From Macrostomum lignano (Eukaryota): a stretch of 64,000 bases of DNA. Where the stretch lies: positions 80,407 to 144,406 of the forward strand of contig NIVC01000218.1 in the NCBI GenBank assembly GCA_002269645.1. The letters are read 5' to 3'. Position 1 is the stretch's first letter; the number at the start of each line of letters is the position of its first letter. Position numbers and translations under genes: made by a program. The notes beneath the pieces are model-generated. The model saw nothing but the letters and a program-made list of their open reading frames with translations. It made no database searches and was not told the origin of the DNA. Of this stretch, positions 1-10,769 are shown piece after piece.

Positions 1-2581
1 CAAAAAAATACACTACTTTTTTACTAAGTAAATCTTCCATAGTACTCCATAAAGGAATAATAGGAAAGCAAAAAGAGAGGGAGAGTGATAATCATTCTTC
101 TCTTTTCTTGCCCCTTTTGCTTTCTCTCCTCTGAACTCCTCTAACTCTTATTTATTTAGAGTAGTATAGAGAATTTAGTAAAAAAATATACATATTCCAC
201 TATTTTAGCTGTTTTTGCACTTTTAGGTAGGAAGACTTAGATTTAAGAAATTTTTAGTTTGCCTAAAATATTCTCTATAGTGAGTTTAGGGAAAGGTGCA
301 AAATTTTGTATCATTTGGTTGAGTTGTTTAGGAGTCTATGGCAAATAAGTTTGTATATAGATAGATAGATATATATACAGAGTTTTCATTTCTATGGTTT
401 GAGCAAATTAATTATAAACACTAGCCTATGCAAGCAATCACTTAATAATAGGCCTAATAAGGCTAATATAGTAATACTAAGCCTAATAATAGATTTGAAA
501 GATTGAAATCAAATAATTATCCAGAATACAGAAATTCAAAATTCAAGATTATATAGACCTTATTATTTTTCCTTCTTTTAGTAATAAAAAACTTACTTAT
601 ATTGTATAATCACAGCAGATGGAGCTCTATTTAGGTCATGTCTATACCTAGGATATTTGAATAAATTCTACAAATATGTGGGTCACATTAATGGTAAAGT
701 CTAAAAGGTAGTAAGTTGATTAACTGAAAATTGATTCAATAAAAACAGAGCAAAAATTTGACTCAGTTTACTCTCATGGCTTAAGAGTCATCTCAGTCTA
801 ACTTTTAATTTTAAGTTATGTTAAGTTAATACCATCAGTATGACTTTTTCTCTAGGAATTGGCTTCAATATATTATAGTGCCTTAGCCAATGTGGGTTGT
901 TATGCTTGTTTTTAGAATTTAGATCTTATTTTTTAATTAATCAAGGTCTTTTCATCAAAATAGTATATTTTTTATTTCAAAAAATCTGTTTTTTGTTTTT
1001 TACCTATTAAACTGCATGCATAACTTTAAAATTTCATGCTATCAATCAGCTAGTCTAATACTAAAACTGTCATGGACCTAAAAGTTAGTATATTTGAATC
1101 TAGGGCTGAAAGGTCACCAACTGACTTCTTTATTACTGATTTAAACAGTGTGACCATGGATACAACACTAAGTAAAGTTTTTTATCTTTGTTGGAACAAG
1201 CAGTCGAATGTGAATTTCAATTGGACTGCATCTCATGTTGGTAAGTTGTCAAAATATCTTATATAAATATATACGAGTATCAGTAAATCATTTTTGAAAT
1301 GTATTTATTTTCAAGTCAATGCCAAAGAAGAAGCCCTTTCTATGGAGAATGGGTTAGAAAGAGTTATTGATATAGCCTAATGCAGTAAGAAAATCGTCTC
1401 CTATGTCAATCCTGACCATTCCACTGGCGCCTGAGCACATGCGCACCAGCACTGTATGCAGATATGCACTTGTACACACGCTCACAGGGTGGGTGTATAG
1501 CAGCCCTTTGACTTTCCAATCGTTGGGCACCTAGGCCTACCAGTTCATCTGGCAGCATTGCACGCCTCTCCTCGTGTGCCTTCATTTCTTCCTTCCTCTG
1601 TTGGTTAATGTCTCCATTTATAGTTTCTCCTCATGTCTCTTTAGGCTTTATTCACCATCCATCTATTAAAAAGAACTCAGTGTAGCAAACTCCAAGGTAT
1701 TCCTAGAATACCCTAGCCAAGGATTACTTAGGTGGATAGGAAACTACATTTCATGAAAAATTATAAAAATGAATGGTTAAAAATAAAAAGGTAAAAAAAT
1801 GAATGACCTATGGTCAACTCATAGGTTTTATAAATCTATTTTATCATCTCTGTTACACATATTGTTACACAGTCAGCTAAGAATTAGAAAAAATATACAT
1901 AAAAACAATGAGTCAAGCCGTGCCATGCATTTTTATGTTGTATGTTTTTTGGTACTGGGAATGTATGTAGAATTAAAAAAATAAACATAGAATCAAAATT
2001 TTCTGAGCAAAAAGCTTTGTGAATGGACAAGCGTGGTACCTGCGGTCTAGGCTTACTGGTTTGTCTACTTACACCAGGTTCCTGCTTTTCTCTAATCCTA
2101 GTATGTAGTGTTTAAAGAACGGAGTCAGGACACCAATGAATTTTTGCAAACACTAATTCCTTTAGAATTTTATAAATTAAAAATGTCGCAATGGAAGCAG
2201 ATGCTTTCCCAAGAGCCCAACTTTTCTTTACTAGTAGTGAAGTCCCAAAATTAGCGATTTACCCGCTCTAATTATTTCCCCTAGCTAAAACTACTGTTAG
2301 TAGCGTAAAAGCATTTTTAATCCGTGCCTATTCTACTCCTTAATTAATGCCCTACTACATGAATATCAATAGAGCCATAAGAAAGGTAAAACAAATGAAA
2401 ATATGAACACAGGGTCTGCCTCCTATGAAAAGCAATAACAATTTTTCTGCTGAAAAAATAAAATCTGCTTCCTGAAATTTTCTAAGAAACGTACTTTCCC
2501 GTCCTACTTTAGTAGTCCTTGACCCTAGCAAGCTTGGAATTGAGTTTTACTTTTCAATTTCAATTGCTCTACTTTGTTCAG

Positions 2582-4465
2582 TGGCCATCTGCCGCGGAGT
2601 TCGCCACGAGGACCTGTCGAAAAGTCTCAATCAGCTGTTGCACCAGGATGCCAAATCCGTGACCGGCAGCAAAACTAGTTTAAGCGTACAATTTGTTGCT
2701 AGAAATCGTCACCGTTCTTCGGCCAATTCTCAGCAGCTGGTTGAGCAGACTCTCCGCTCATTGCACTCCGCCGCTTTGCTGCCTGGCGGTCTGCTGGCTC
2801 TGTGCAAAGCCGCCTCGCAACTGGACGCAGCTGATGTTCCCGGGCTGGGTGAAGATCGCCGGGCACAAGAGATTATCACTGATCACCGTCTGCAGGGCGT
2901 CATGTTGAAACGGCCGCGACTATTGCAACAGCTGGTTAGGCGTCATCCAGTGTTAGCTAGCGCCATAGCAACCGTTGTTAAGCGGGTGCAACAGAATGCG
3001 CAGAGTGCTCGACTGCCAACATCGGCTCGGGTGCCGCTTCTGCGGTAAGGAACTGTGGTTATGGGGAAGATGTCAGGTTCTGGCACAGCCTAGCATATTA
3101 GAACTGTGTCAGTATGGCATAGGCTGCAGTGTCAGTATGGCATAGGCTGCAGTGTCAGTATTGCATAGGCTGCAGTGTCAGTATTGCATAGGCTGCAGTG
3201 TCAGTATGGCATAGGCTGCAGTGTCAGTATGGCATAGGCTGCAGTGTCAGTATTGCATAGGCTGCAGTGTCAGTATGGCATAGGCTGCAGTGTCAGTATG
3301 GCATAGGCTGCAGTGTCAGTATGGCATAGGCTGCAGTGTCAGTATGGCATAGGCTGCAGTGTCAGTATGGCATAGGCTGCAGTGTCAGTATGGCATAGGC
3401 TAGGCTGCAGTGTCAGTATGGCATAGGCTAGGCTGCAGTGTCAGTATGCATAGGCTGCAGTGTCAGTATGGCATAGGCTAGGCTGCAGTGTCAGTATGCA
3501 TAGGCTGCAGTGTCAGTATGGCATAGGCTAGGCTGCAGTGTCAGTATGCATAGGCTGCAGTGTCAGTATGGCATAGGCTAGGCTGCAGTGTCAGTATGGC
3601 ATAGGCTAGGCTGCAGTGTCAGTATGGCATAGGCTAGGCTGCAGTGTCAGTATGCATAGGCTGCAGTGTCAGTATGGCATAGGCTAGGCTGCAGTGTCAG
3701 TATGCATAGGCTGCAGTGTCAGTATGGCATAGGCTGCAGTGTCAGTATGGCATAGGCTGCAGTGTCAGTATGGCATAGGCTGCAGTGTCAGTATGGCATA
3801 GGCTGCAGTGTCAGTATGGCATAGGCTGCAGTGTCAGTATGCATAGGCTGCAGTGTCAGTATGGCATAGGCTGCAGTGTCAGTATGGCATAGGCTGCAGT
3901 GTCAGTATGGCATAGGTAACAGTTCACGCAGCCAAGTAAATGGTTAAAATTTACTTAACTTAAGTTATTACGTTAAATAAAAAAACTTAAGTTTATTTTT
4001 CCTGGTTATCTCTGTTTATCTATAGCACTGAACATCAATTATAAGCTTGCCCTTGCGTAACGCCCCCCCCCCCAGGTCGCTGGCAACATGCCCCCTGGCG
4101 CCAATTACAACGTAGACTTCGAGTCCGTTCTAGACGAAGACGAGGACAACGATGGCGAAGGTGAGGACGGCGCCGCCGCAGCCGCCATGCCGACACCATC
4201 GCCGATGCAACGCGGATCGCGCTCGCGTCCGACCTCTTCGTCAGCTTCCGGCGGAGCTTCGGGCGGTAGCGCCGGCCAAGTGTCGTCGGATTTCCTGCGC
4301 CAAGCGATGGCGCAAGCGTTCACTCTGATTCCAGCTAGGCAGAGGTTTGCTAACCAATTGCGAGCGCTGAGAGAGATGGGCATCACCGATGAGGAGGCGG
4401 CCCTACGAGTTCTCGAGCAGAATAATGGCGACCTGGAGCTCACTATTGATCACATGTTTAATTGA
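2582..4465 (+). CDS. UBL7: Ubiquitin-like protein 7 (UBL/UBA protein), 5'-partial; exons ~2582-3030 (or -3044) and 4076-4465
   Basis: VPGLGEDRRAQEIITDHRLQGVMLKRPRLLQQLVRRHPVLASAI resembles the central region of UBL7. The C-terminal UBA domain reads QLRALREMGITDEEAALRVLEQNNGDLELTIDHMF. Acceptors ttcag (2581) and ccccag (4075). The start codon was not located. Confidence 0.85.
3106..3916. repeat. 23-bp minisatellite (GTGTCAGTATGGCATAGGCTGCA, ~35 copies, with 22/27-bp variants) in the UBL7 intron
   Basis: Tandem units read directly from the sequence. Confidence 0.97.
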
Positions 4466-4914
4466 ACTTACGCACATTCTGTTCGTGTCGCGCTACTGTT
4501 AGTATAAATATAAGTTGAACAATTTCTCTGAAATATTCACGGCTATTTGTTTCTATAAGCTGAAATTTCAGGCCCTCAAAGCGGCGGATGCAGATTAGCT
4601 CTTAGGCTTTCCGACTTGGATTGAGTAAATTCAATTGCGTTTCTACCCGTTTTTGCTTTTTTGCTTCTTTCTTCCTTCTTTCGTGTTCTTTGCTTTAAGT
4701 CAATGCGGCGTATATTATTGCCTTTTTCTGTTCAAAGCATGAGTTGAATAAAAATACGATTTCAACGTAATTGCTGCTGCAAAATAGCAAAATGATTCGC
4801 AAAGTTGTCTCTCTGATCTTTTATTTTATTGCTGCAGCAAATTTCGTCTTTAGTTTGTGTGTTCCATAAACAACATTAGATGCACTAGATCCCCTAGTTA
4901 AAATACTTAGGCAT

Positions 4915-5158
4915 TAGATCCCCCAGTTGCACTGGTGCAGAAGTCTGTGTTTTAATTGTTTATTTCATTTACTGACTGCTAATAAATGGCCACCGATGGA
5001 TACATCAAATATTCCCCATTTATACAAGTGTCTATGGCAAACATATTTTTGCCTCGGTCAATAAACTTGTCACTCAAGCATTTATTGTGCAAACGGTGCA
5101 AATAAATGAAATAAACAATTAAACCATAGACTGCTGCACCAGTGCAACTGGGGGATAT
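4915..5158. mobile_element. MITE-like element with ~55-bp terminal inverted repeats, TA-flanked
   Basis: tagatcccccagttgcactggtgcag...tttatttcattta (4915-4971) is the near-perfect reverse complement of taaatgaaataaacaattaaac...ctgcaccagtgcaactgggggatata (5103-5158). No ORF inside. Confidence 0.75.
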
Positions 5159-6389
5159 ATGATTGATCTTATTTCCCGCTGCCCCGAAAGAAATAAATTT
5201 GCACTCGGCTTTGTACCATAGACTAAAAACTTAATTTTTCATTTTAAAGATTTTAAAGTAAACAAGAAAGTTCAACAAGTTCAAAGTCCAGTTAAAGTTC
5301 AACACCACTGCCGTGCAAATTGATCTCGCCTTGGAATTCCAAATCGCGTAGCTCACTGCCACCTCGCAGACCGAAGTGATTTTTAAGTAGAAGATAATGC
5401 ATGGTTTTTAGGGTTGTATTTCTTTAAATCCCCGAGAGCCGAGAGCCAAAGTTAATACAACCCGTAAAAACCATGCATTACCTCAATTAAATCCCTGCTT
5501 TCAAACTCCGGGATGTATTTAGATACAATTCGCAAAACAGTTTGAACCATAGTGCAAAGAGGGTTAAGGGGACGCAGTCCCCTGCGGGGGTGTGGGGGCG
5601 GAGCCCCCACATGTAGTATAGTGAATTTATAAGATATTCTATGGGTTTGAGGTCAGTATTTTACTTAAATCCGTAGAGCCGAAGGCTTTCGAGATATTAA
5701 TGACATAAAATTTGAATTAAAACATTTAAACTCAAAATTCTAACATTTTAAACTACTTTAATTTTGCGGGATGTATTCAGATAAATCCAGGAGCCATACT
5801 TGTATGTTTATGGTTGAAGTTGGGGATGGAGGTGTGGGAGCAAGCTATGTCTTACCATAGACAAAATTTCATTAAGAAATTTCTCGAGTCACGAAGGAAA
5901 AGAAGAGAGAAGCTCGCTTATTTATATACATACAATAATCCTTGCAATATGTCCGGGAAAGTGATCGATTAAATCCCGCAAAATAAAATGTCAATAACCT
6001 CCCTGAAAGTGAGCTTTAAAGTGGTTTAAATCACTTAATTAAACGCTATGGTCCGCTTTCATCTCGGAAAGTCAACTAGAAAGGATTTGAAGCGAAAAAT
6101 GAGGGAAGCTGCGATTTTTTTTATGAACCTGAAAGTTCGAAAGCACGGATTTAATAGTCCATTGTCGCGGCTTGCAGTTGTACCATAGAAAGATGCCAGC
6201 GGTTCTCCTACCTCGGCGGTCTGGTGCTCCACGTGGAGGATTCTATTCTATGGTAAATTTATATCGCAGAAGTCCTTGCAGCAATATAGTTTTATTTCGT
6301 TGTATAGTAATATCTTTCTTGATTTTCACTCTGTTCGTACCATAGACTAAAAACTTAATTTGGATTTCCTTTTTTAAGCTTCTGACTTG

Positions 6390-6785
6390 GCTAATGCATA
6401 GCTTTTATTGCTAAGTTAGAAAACGGAAATCCAAAGTGGAGACAGGTTGAGCCATAGAAAACATACACAGCCTGACTGAGAAACTTGAATGAGAGACAAG
6501 GCTCAATTAAATCTAGAATCGGACGTCCAAACTTGCTATATATAGCCAGAGTTTTGTCAAAGACAAAGCACAGCCTGTATAATTCAAGAAGGCGACTGCG
6601 CGGACACGTAAACCGTCAGCTAATTGTAGCAGCAGACAGTGGAAAGTGACAGTTCAGAGTCCCATTCTAGATTTAACTGCTTGTCTTTCAGTAAATTATA
6701 AGTCAGGTTTTTGTTGTCTATGGCCCAACCTGTCTCAACCTTGGATTTCCGTTTTCTAATTTGGTAATAAAAGCTATGCATTAGC
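6390..6785. mobile_element. Fold-back/MITE-like element with long inverted repeats
   Basis: 6390-6463 and 6712-6785 are ~90% reverse-complementary. A further inverted match lies at ~6505-6525 / 6659-6678. Confidence 0.7.
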
Positions 6786-6844
6786 AGAAGCATTCAGAAG
6801 CGGACAGAAGCGGACCCAATAAACATTGACAGTGAGAGCAGTGG

Positions 6845-7790
6845 TCACTTTGATCCTATGGCACTTTGACACCGAAAAATTAATGAACTCAGTATACGTA
6901 ATATGCGTAATACGCGTAAATACTCATCGAGATCATCAGCGCATTGAACTGAATCCTCGTCACACTTTTGGGTTAGATTTGGCAGCATTAGTTTTTGCTG
7001 AGATGATACGGGCGCGTTCTCATATCTTTTGCCCGAAGGGCACGAATAGACGTCATCTTCGAAGTTGCCTGAGCACACCTTTAGGTCTCTTATGCGAACG
7101 GACTCTAGATTCACTAGCCCAGATTGTGCAGCCAGTTCGTTGCAGTCACGTCACTCCGAAGAAATTTGGCAATTGCACTCGATGGTGTTCAATGGGTTAC
7201 GCCTCAGGACCACCTGAATACGTCATAAGTAGCACGTCTTGGAAAGCGTGACTCATGGTTGTTGAATTTCTGCTGCAGATGAAGGCGAGTCGGCTGTTGG
7301 GTGACGGCATTGTCGGCTGATTTTCCATGCAGGAATGGCATTCTTGCACTCTTGCGTGCAGGAATGGATGTCTATGGTAAAATCTCACTGAAAAAGCATT
7401 AGGCGCAGAAATGCATTCCTGCACGGTTTTGTGCATTCCTGCACGATGAATAATCCGACAATGGGATTCCTTCACGTTCAATCGTGCGTGAAGGACATCG
7501 AGAACTTGTGACCGTGCAGGAATCATTCATTCCGTGTGTGTAATCAAGCGAAGAAAGTGACCACTTTTCATATTGAGTTGACACAATTTTTTAGGATCTG
7601 TGGTGTGCGCTATTATTTTCAGCACTGCACTGTCAACAGAGTAGAGAGCTAAGTTCTCCAACGGTATTGCGTACGAGTATGAGACAACAGCCAATGCTAT
7701 GTTGGTCTTGAACCACCTTGAATTGCAGCTGTGCGCACTCCTTAATCGGGTTAGCTCACGATTTATATAGCTGATCCCAAGGCTAAACAA
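6845..7790 (-). pseudogene. Possible degenerate coding remnant (weakly LRR-like), interrupted by stops and a TGCAGGAAT-repeat insertion
   Basis: Fragmentary ORFs 7527-7790 and 6845-7114, plus VVLRRNPLNTIECNC (reminiscent of an LRR C-terminal cap). Not identifiable with confidence. Confidence 0.25.
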
Positions 7791-8058
7791 ATTGAGGATT
7801 ATCTTAAAGGTTGAGTGAGATCCACTGGCGCTAAAGTCATTGACTAAGAAAGGAAGTTCATTTCTGCACTCAATTCAAGCGAGATATGCACACGCACCTA
7901 ATTTTTTCCAGCTGTTACCAGTACCTTTTATAATGCTAGCACATCAATTGTGTATTTTTACTAATGCAACAACTATAACTATTCTGAATCAATGCTTTCC
8001 TGTTAGTTGAACATGTTTCTCTAATTTTCTACAAGGCACGAGTTGTTACTATAGTCAT

Positions 8059-9233
8059 TCAGGCATGGTTAAACAGGTATTTGATGACGAGCCGCATGCC
8101 AGGATCGATGTAGATCTCTCGCAGACGTCTAGCCAGGGTGTTGTGCTCGCAGCTCCGCTCAGCAGGTGCTGGATAATGATGCAGCCGGTCTTTCGCTAGG
8201 CTGCTCACTCTGTAGACAGCGAAGGCTTGGTAGCAGGACTCCACTTTGACTGGAATGCTGTTCCGGTTTATAGCAATTTCATCCGTGATGATGCTGCGAT
8301 CGTATTCAGTAACGCTGCAGAACCGCTTCTTGCTGAAATAGGTGCGAGAGCAGGGATCGTAGAGTCCGTTTCGAAAGCGGCTGTTGGCGCAGAGTACGTC
8401 CAGTTTGGGCTTGGCACTGAAGTAGTAAATTCCCTGAGCAATGTTGTCCAAGCTCCATGGATCCCACTCCAGATCTGGATCAACTGAAATCATCAGATCA
8501 ACTTTATCTGCCAAATTGTCGTAAATGTAGTTCAGGTACATATTTCTGAGGACACTCATTGTGATGCCGCGATCAACGAGTTCTCTTCCGTACGCTGCTG
8601 TCCCCAGCCGGGTCTGTGCACCTTCCCGGACCTGTATGTGATGTTAATTTTGCACGGGGCTCTTGAGTTTATTGGCGTGCATCCGAGAATCACCGCCTGA
8701 TTGTGTTTCCGACGCACGTCGTGAAGAAACTCTCGGGTGCCATCGTTCGAGTCATTCTCAACGAAAATCATCCAGTAGTCTTTGAAGAGCTTGCCCAATC
8801 TGTGCAACTCCACGACGTTTTTCTGCAAGCGCTCCTTGGCGTTTCGCACTGACGCGACAAATACGGCAGTTTTGGTGCGCATCCAGTCTCTCCCAATACG
8901 CGTTCGATAGTTTTGGTCAAGCTCGCGATTCTCTCGTCGCATAAGAGGCATACGTTCGCGTGTATGGACGAAGTACATGGAGCTGTTCTGCAAGTGCAAG
9001 ACTTCAGCGTGTCCGTAGCTAAAATCGGAAGATTTTTTCTCAATAAGTTCAGGATCGAGTTGTGTCACAGCGCTTCTGCTGGTTCTGTCTGGACGGTTGA
9101 TAGAAAGTATAGCGTTGGGAATTTTTCTTATCTGATGAAAGTAGTCCGTTGTGAGGTGTACATGTAGCATGGATAAACAAAACAGGACATTGCATGAAAC
9201 AAGAATGCCGGCGAAAAATTTCATGCCGATCAT
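8059..9233 (-). pseudogene. Intronless type-II membrane GT-A-fold glycosyltransferase (CAP59/GT69- or GT2-like), copy 1, frameshifted by a 1-bp deletion at ~8585
   Basis: ORFs 8556-9233 and 8059-8559 together match the intact paralogue at 16505-17671. Copy 1 reads gagttctcttcc where copy 2 reads gagttcttcttcc. This could be a real mutation or an assembly error. Confidence 0.8.
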
Positions 9234-10232
9234 TTTGCTATCATGGAATGTACGTGAGCCTTTTTTGACTAGTAATAGCGCGGTAATGCATTTTTCTTTT
9301 AGGATTGGCTGTTGAATAACTCGTTTAAGAATTGGAATGATAAAAACAAATTAAAACTATATACAATATATTTTTAATTGAATTAATAACTTGGCCAAAA
9401 AAATACATTTACACAACTTTCTTCTGTAAAAACTATTTTGTTAAGCTTTTCTCGACTTTTATAACAGAATATTTTTTTTAAAAATGACACGAATTTTGAA
9501 ATGTACGATTTTCTTATAACACGTGTCTCTTTGATTTCTACTGTAATTGTCATTGTCTGTCATATATATATATATATATGCTTACGCAGCTAAAATTGCT
9601 TGTTAGAAATTTTTAGGAACTTTAAATTGGGACATCGGGCTGAAAATTATTACTGATTTCTACAGAAGTACGCGCGTACCTTTAATCATTAGGGACCCAA
9701 AAGATAACAAAATTAAATTTCTATCTGGAGTTTTTTCTGAATTGATCAAATAATTCTAAAATTTATTATTATTTATGAGTTGTTTTCTATATTTGTTTGT
9801 GTTTGTGTTTCTTGTATTGGCTAGTTAATTTACTTTTATGGGTTAACTGAAGAAATGAAGTACAGGAGTTGTTTGTATTAGTATTGCACAGTTCTTGTGT
9901 TTAGGGCCGGTCTAGCCTGTCTCGGGGTTCATTTTAAATAAATTGAATTTAAAGTAAGATACATTGACTCAGAACTTGACCTTCTTGTCCAAAATCCTTA
10001 CATTCGATGCCCGATCCGGAGAAATCCGACAAATGTATGTCATGCTTGTACACTTTATTAGAAGGCCCATATCTTAATTTGAAACAGTTAATGGACATCT
10101 TAATTCTTAACCTGATATTACCACGATCACAAAAATCTAAAATTTTGGCCCGAGGCGGCTTCCTAAATTAAGAAAAGTTGCCGTTTTTATTGCATGGTAC
10201 ATTACTTCCATAGCCTACATTGCATGTAGTAT

Positions 10233-10475
10233 GGGGTTGTAGCCTGGTGGTTAGGGCATCGGACTCGCGACTGAAAGGTCTGGGTTTCGATTCTCGAACC
10301 ACTCGGAACAATTTGTGTCCTTGAACAGGACATTTAACTCTGCATTGCTTCAGTTCACTCAGCTGTAAAATTGGGTGCCAGCAATAGCTGGGGTAATTGA
10401 GGATGTGTGTGGCGACCCTAATGCAGTCCTTGGACTGAACAGCCGTACGCAGTCTTCAAATGCGCCGCGCAATAG
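10233..10475 (+). mobile_element. tRNA-derived SINE with CORE-like central domain
   Basis: A-box-like gtagcctggtggttag and B-box-like ggtttcgattc, followed by tgtgtccttgaacaggacatttaactc...cagctgtaaaattggg (MIR/CORE-like). A second copy lies on the minus strand at ~43195-43425. Confidence 0.8.
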
Positions 10476-10769
10476 CGACAGAATTAGACACCGAATGAAC
10501 AGACACGTGCTGATCATACTTACATTCACATGCAGTCTACAGATATGATATTACCACGAGGCAAAGGGTAAGGGTGCCAAAGGGAGAGCCTTTTATGTCA
10601 TAGACACATAATTAGACAGGTACATACTATTTTATAGGAGCAGAAAGAAAGGATTCAATTTTCAAAATGGAAGAAGTGGATATCAACTTTGAAATAGACT
10701 AATTTCAACTTCGACTGGCTGGACAACTTTGAATTACTTGACTTAGCTGTAATTGGTACTGGTCTGTAG

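Noticed and set aside
1072-2300. Short ORFs as candidate UBL7 5' exons
   Set aside because: No recognisable ubiquitin-like sequence and only weak splice signals.
3106-3916. Regularly spaced repeats that could be mistaken for CRISPR arrays (also 31495-32375 and 59915-60800)
   Set aside because: The units are contiguous with no unique spacers, there are no cas genes, and the context is a eukaryotic intron or intergenic region.
5560-5930. Possible Helitron-like termini (gggggcggagccccc hairpin; ctcgcttattatata)
   Set aside because: There is no clear TC...CTRR pair or consistent orientation, so the evidence is insufficient to call an element.
7084-7105. ggtctcttatgcgaacggactc resembles, from memory, the 5' part of a Macrostomum spliced leader
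   Set aside because: The match is gapped and partial, with no terminal AUG, GT donor or Sm site after it. My recollection of the SL sequence cannot be verified here, so this is probably chance.
10233-10305. tRNA-like sequence (also 43355-43425)
   Set aside because: It has A and B boxes but continues into a CORE domain and shared tail, and no clean acceptor stem was found. It is a SINE head, not a tRNA gene.
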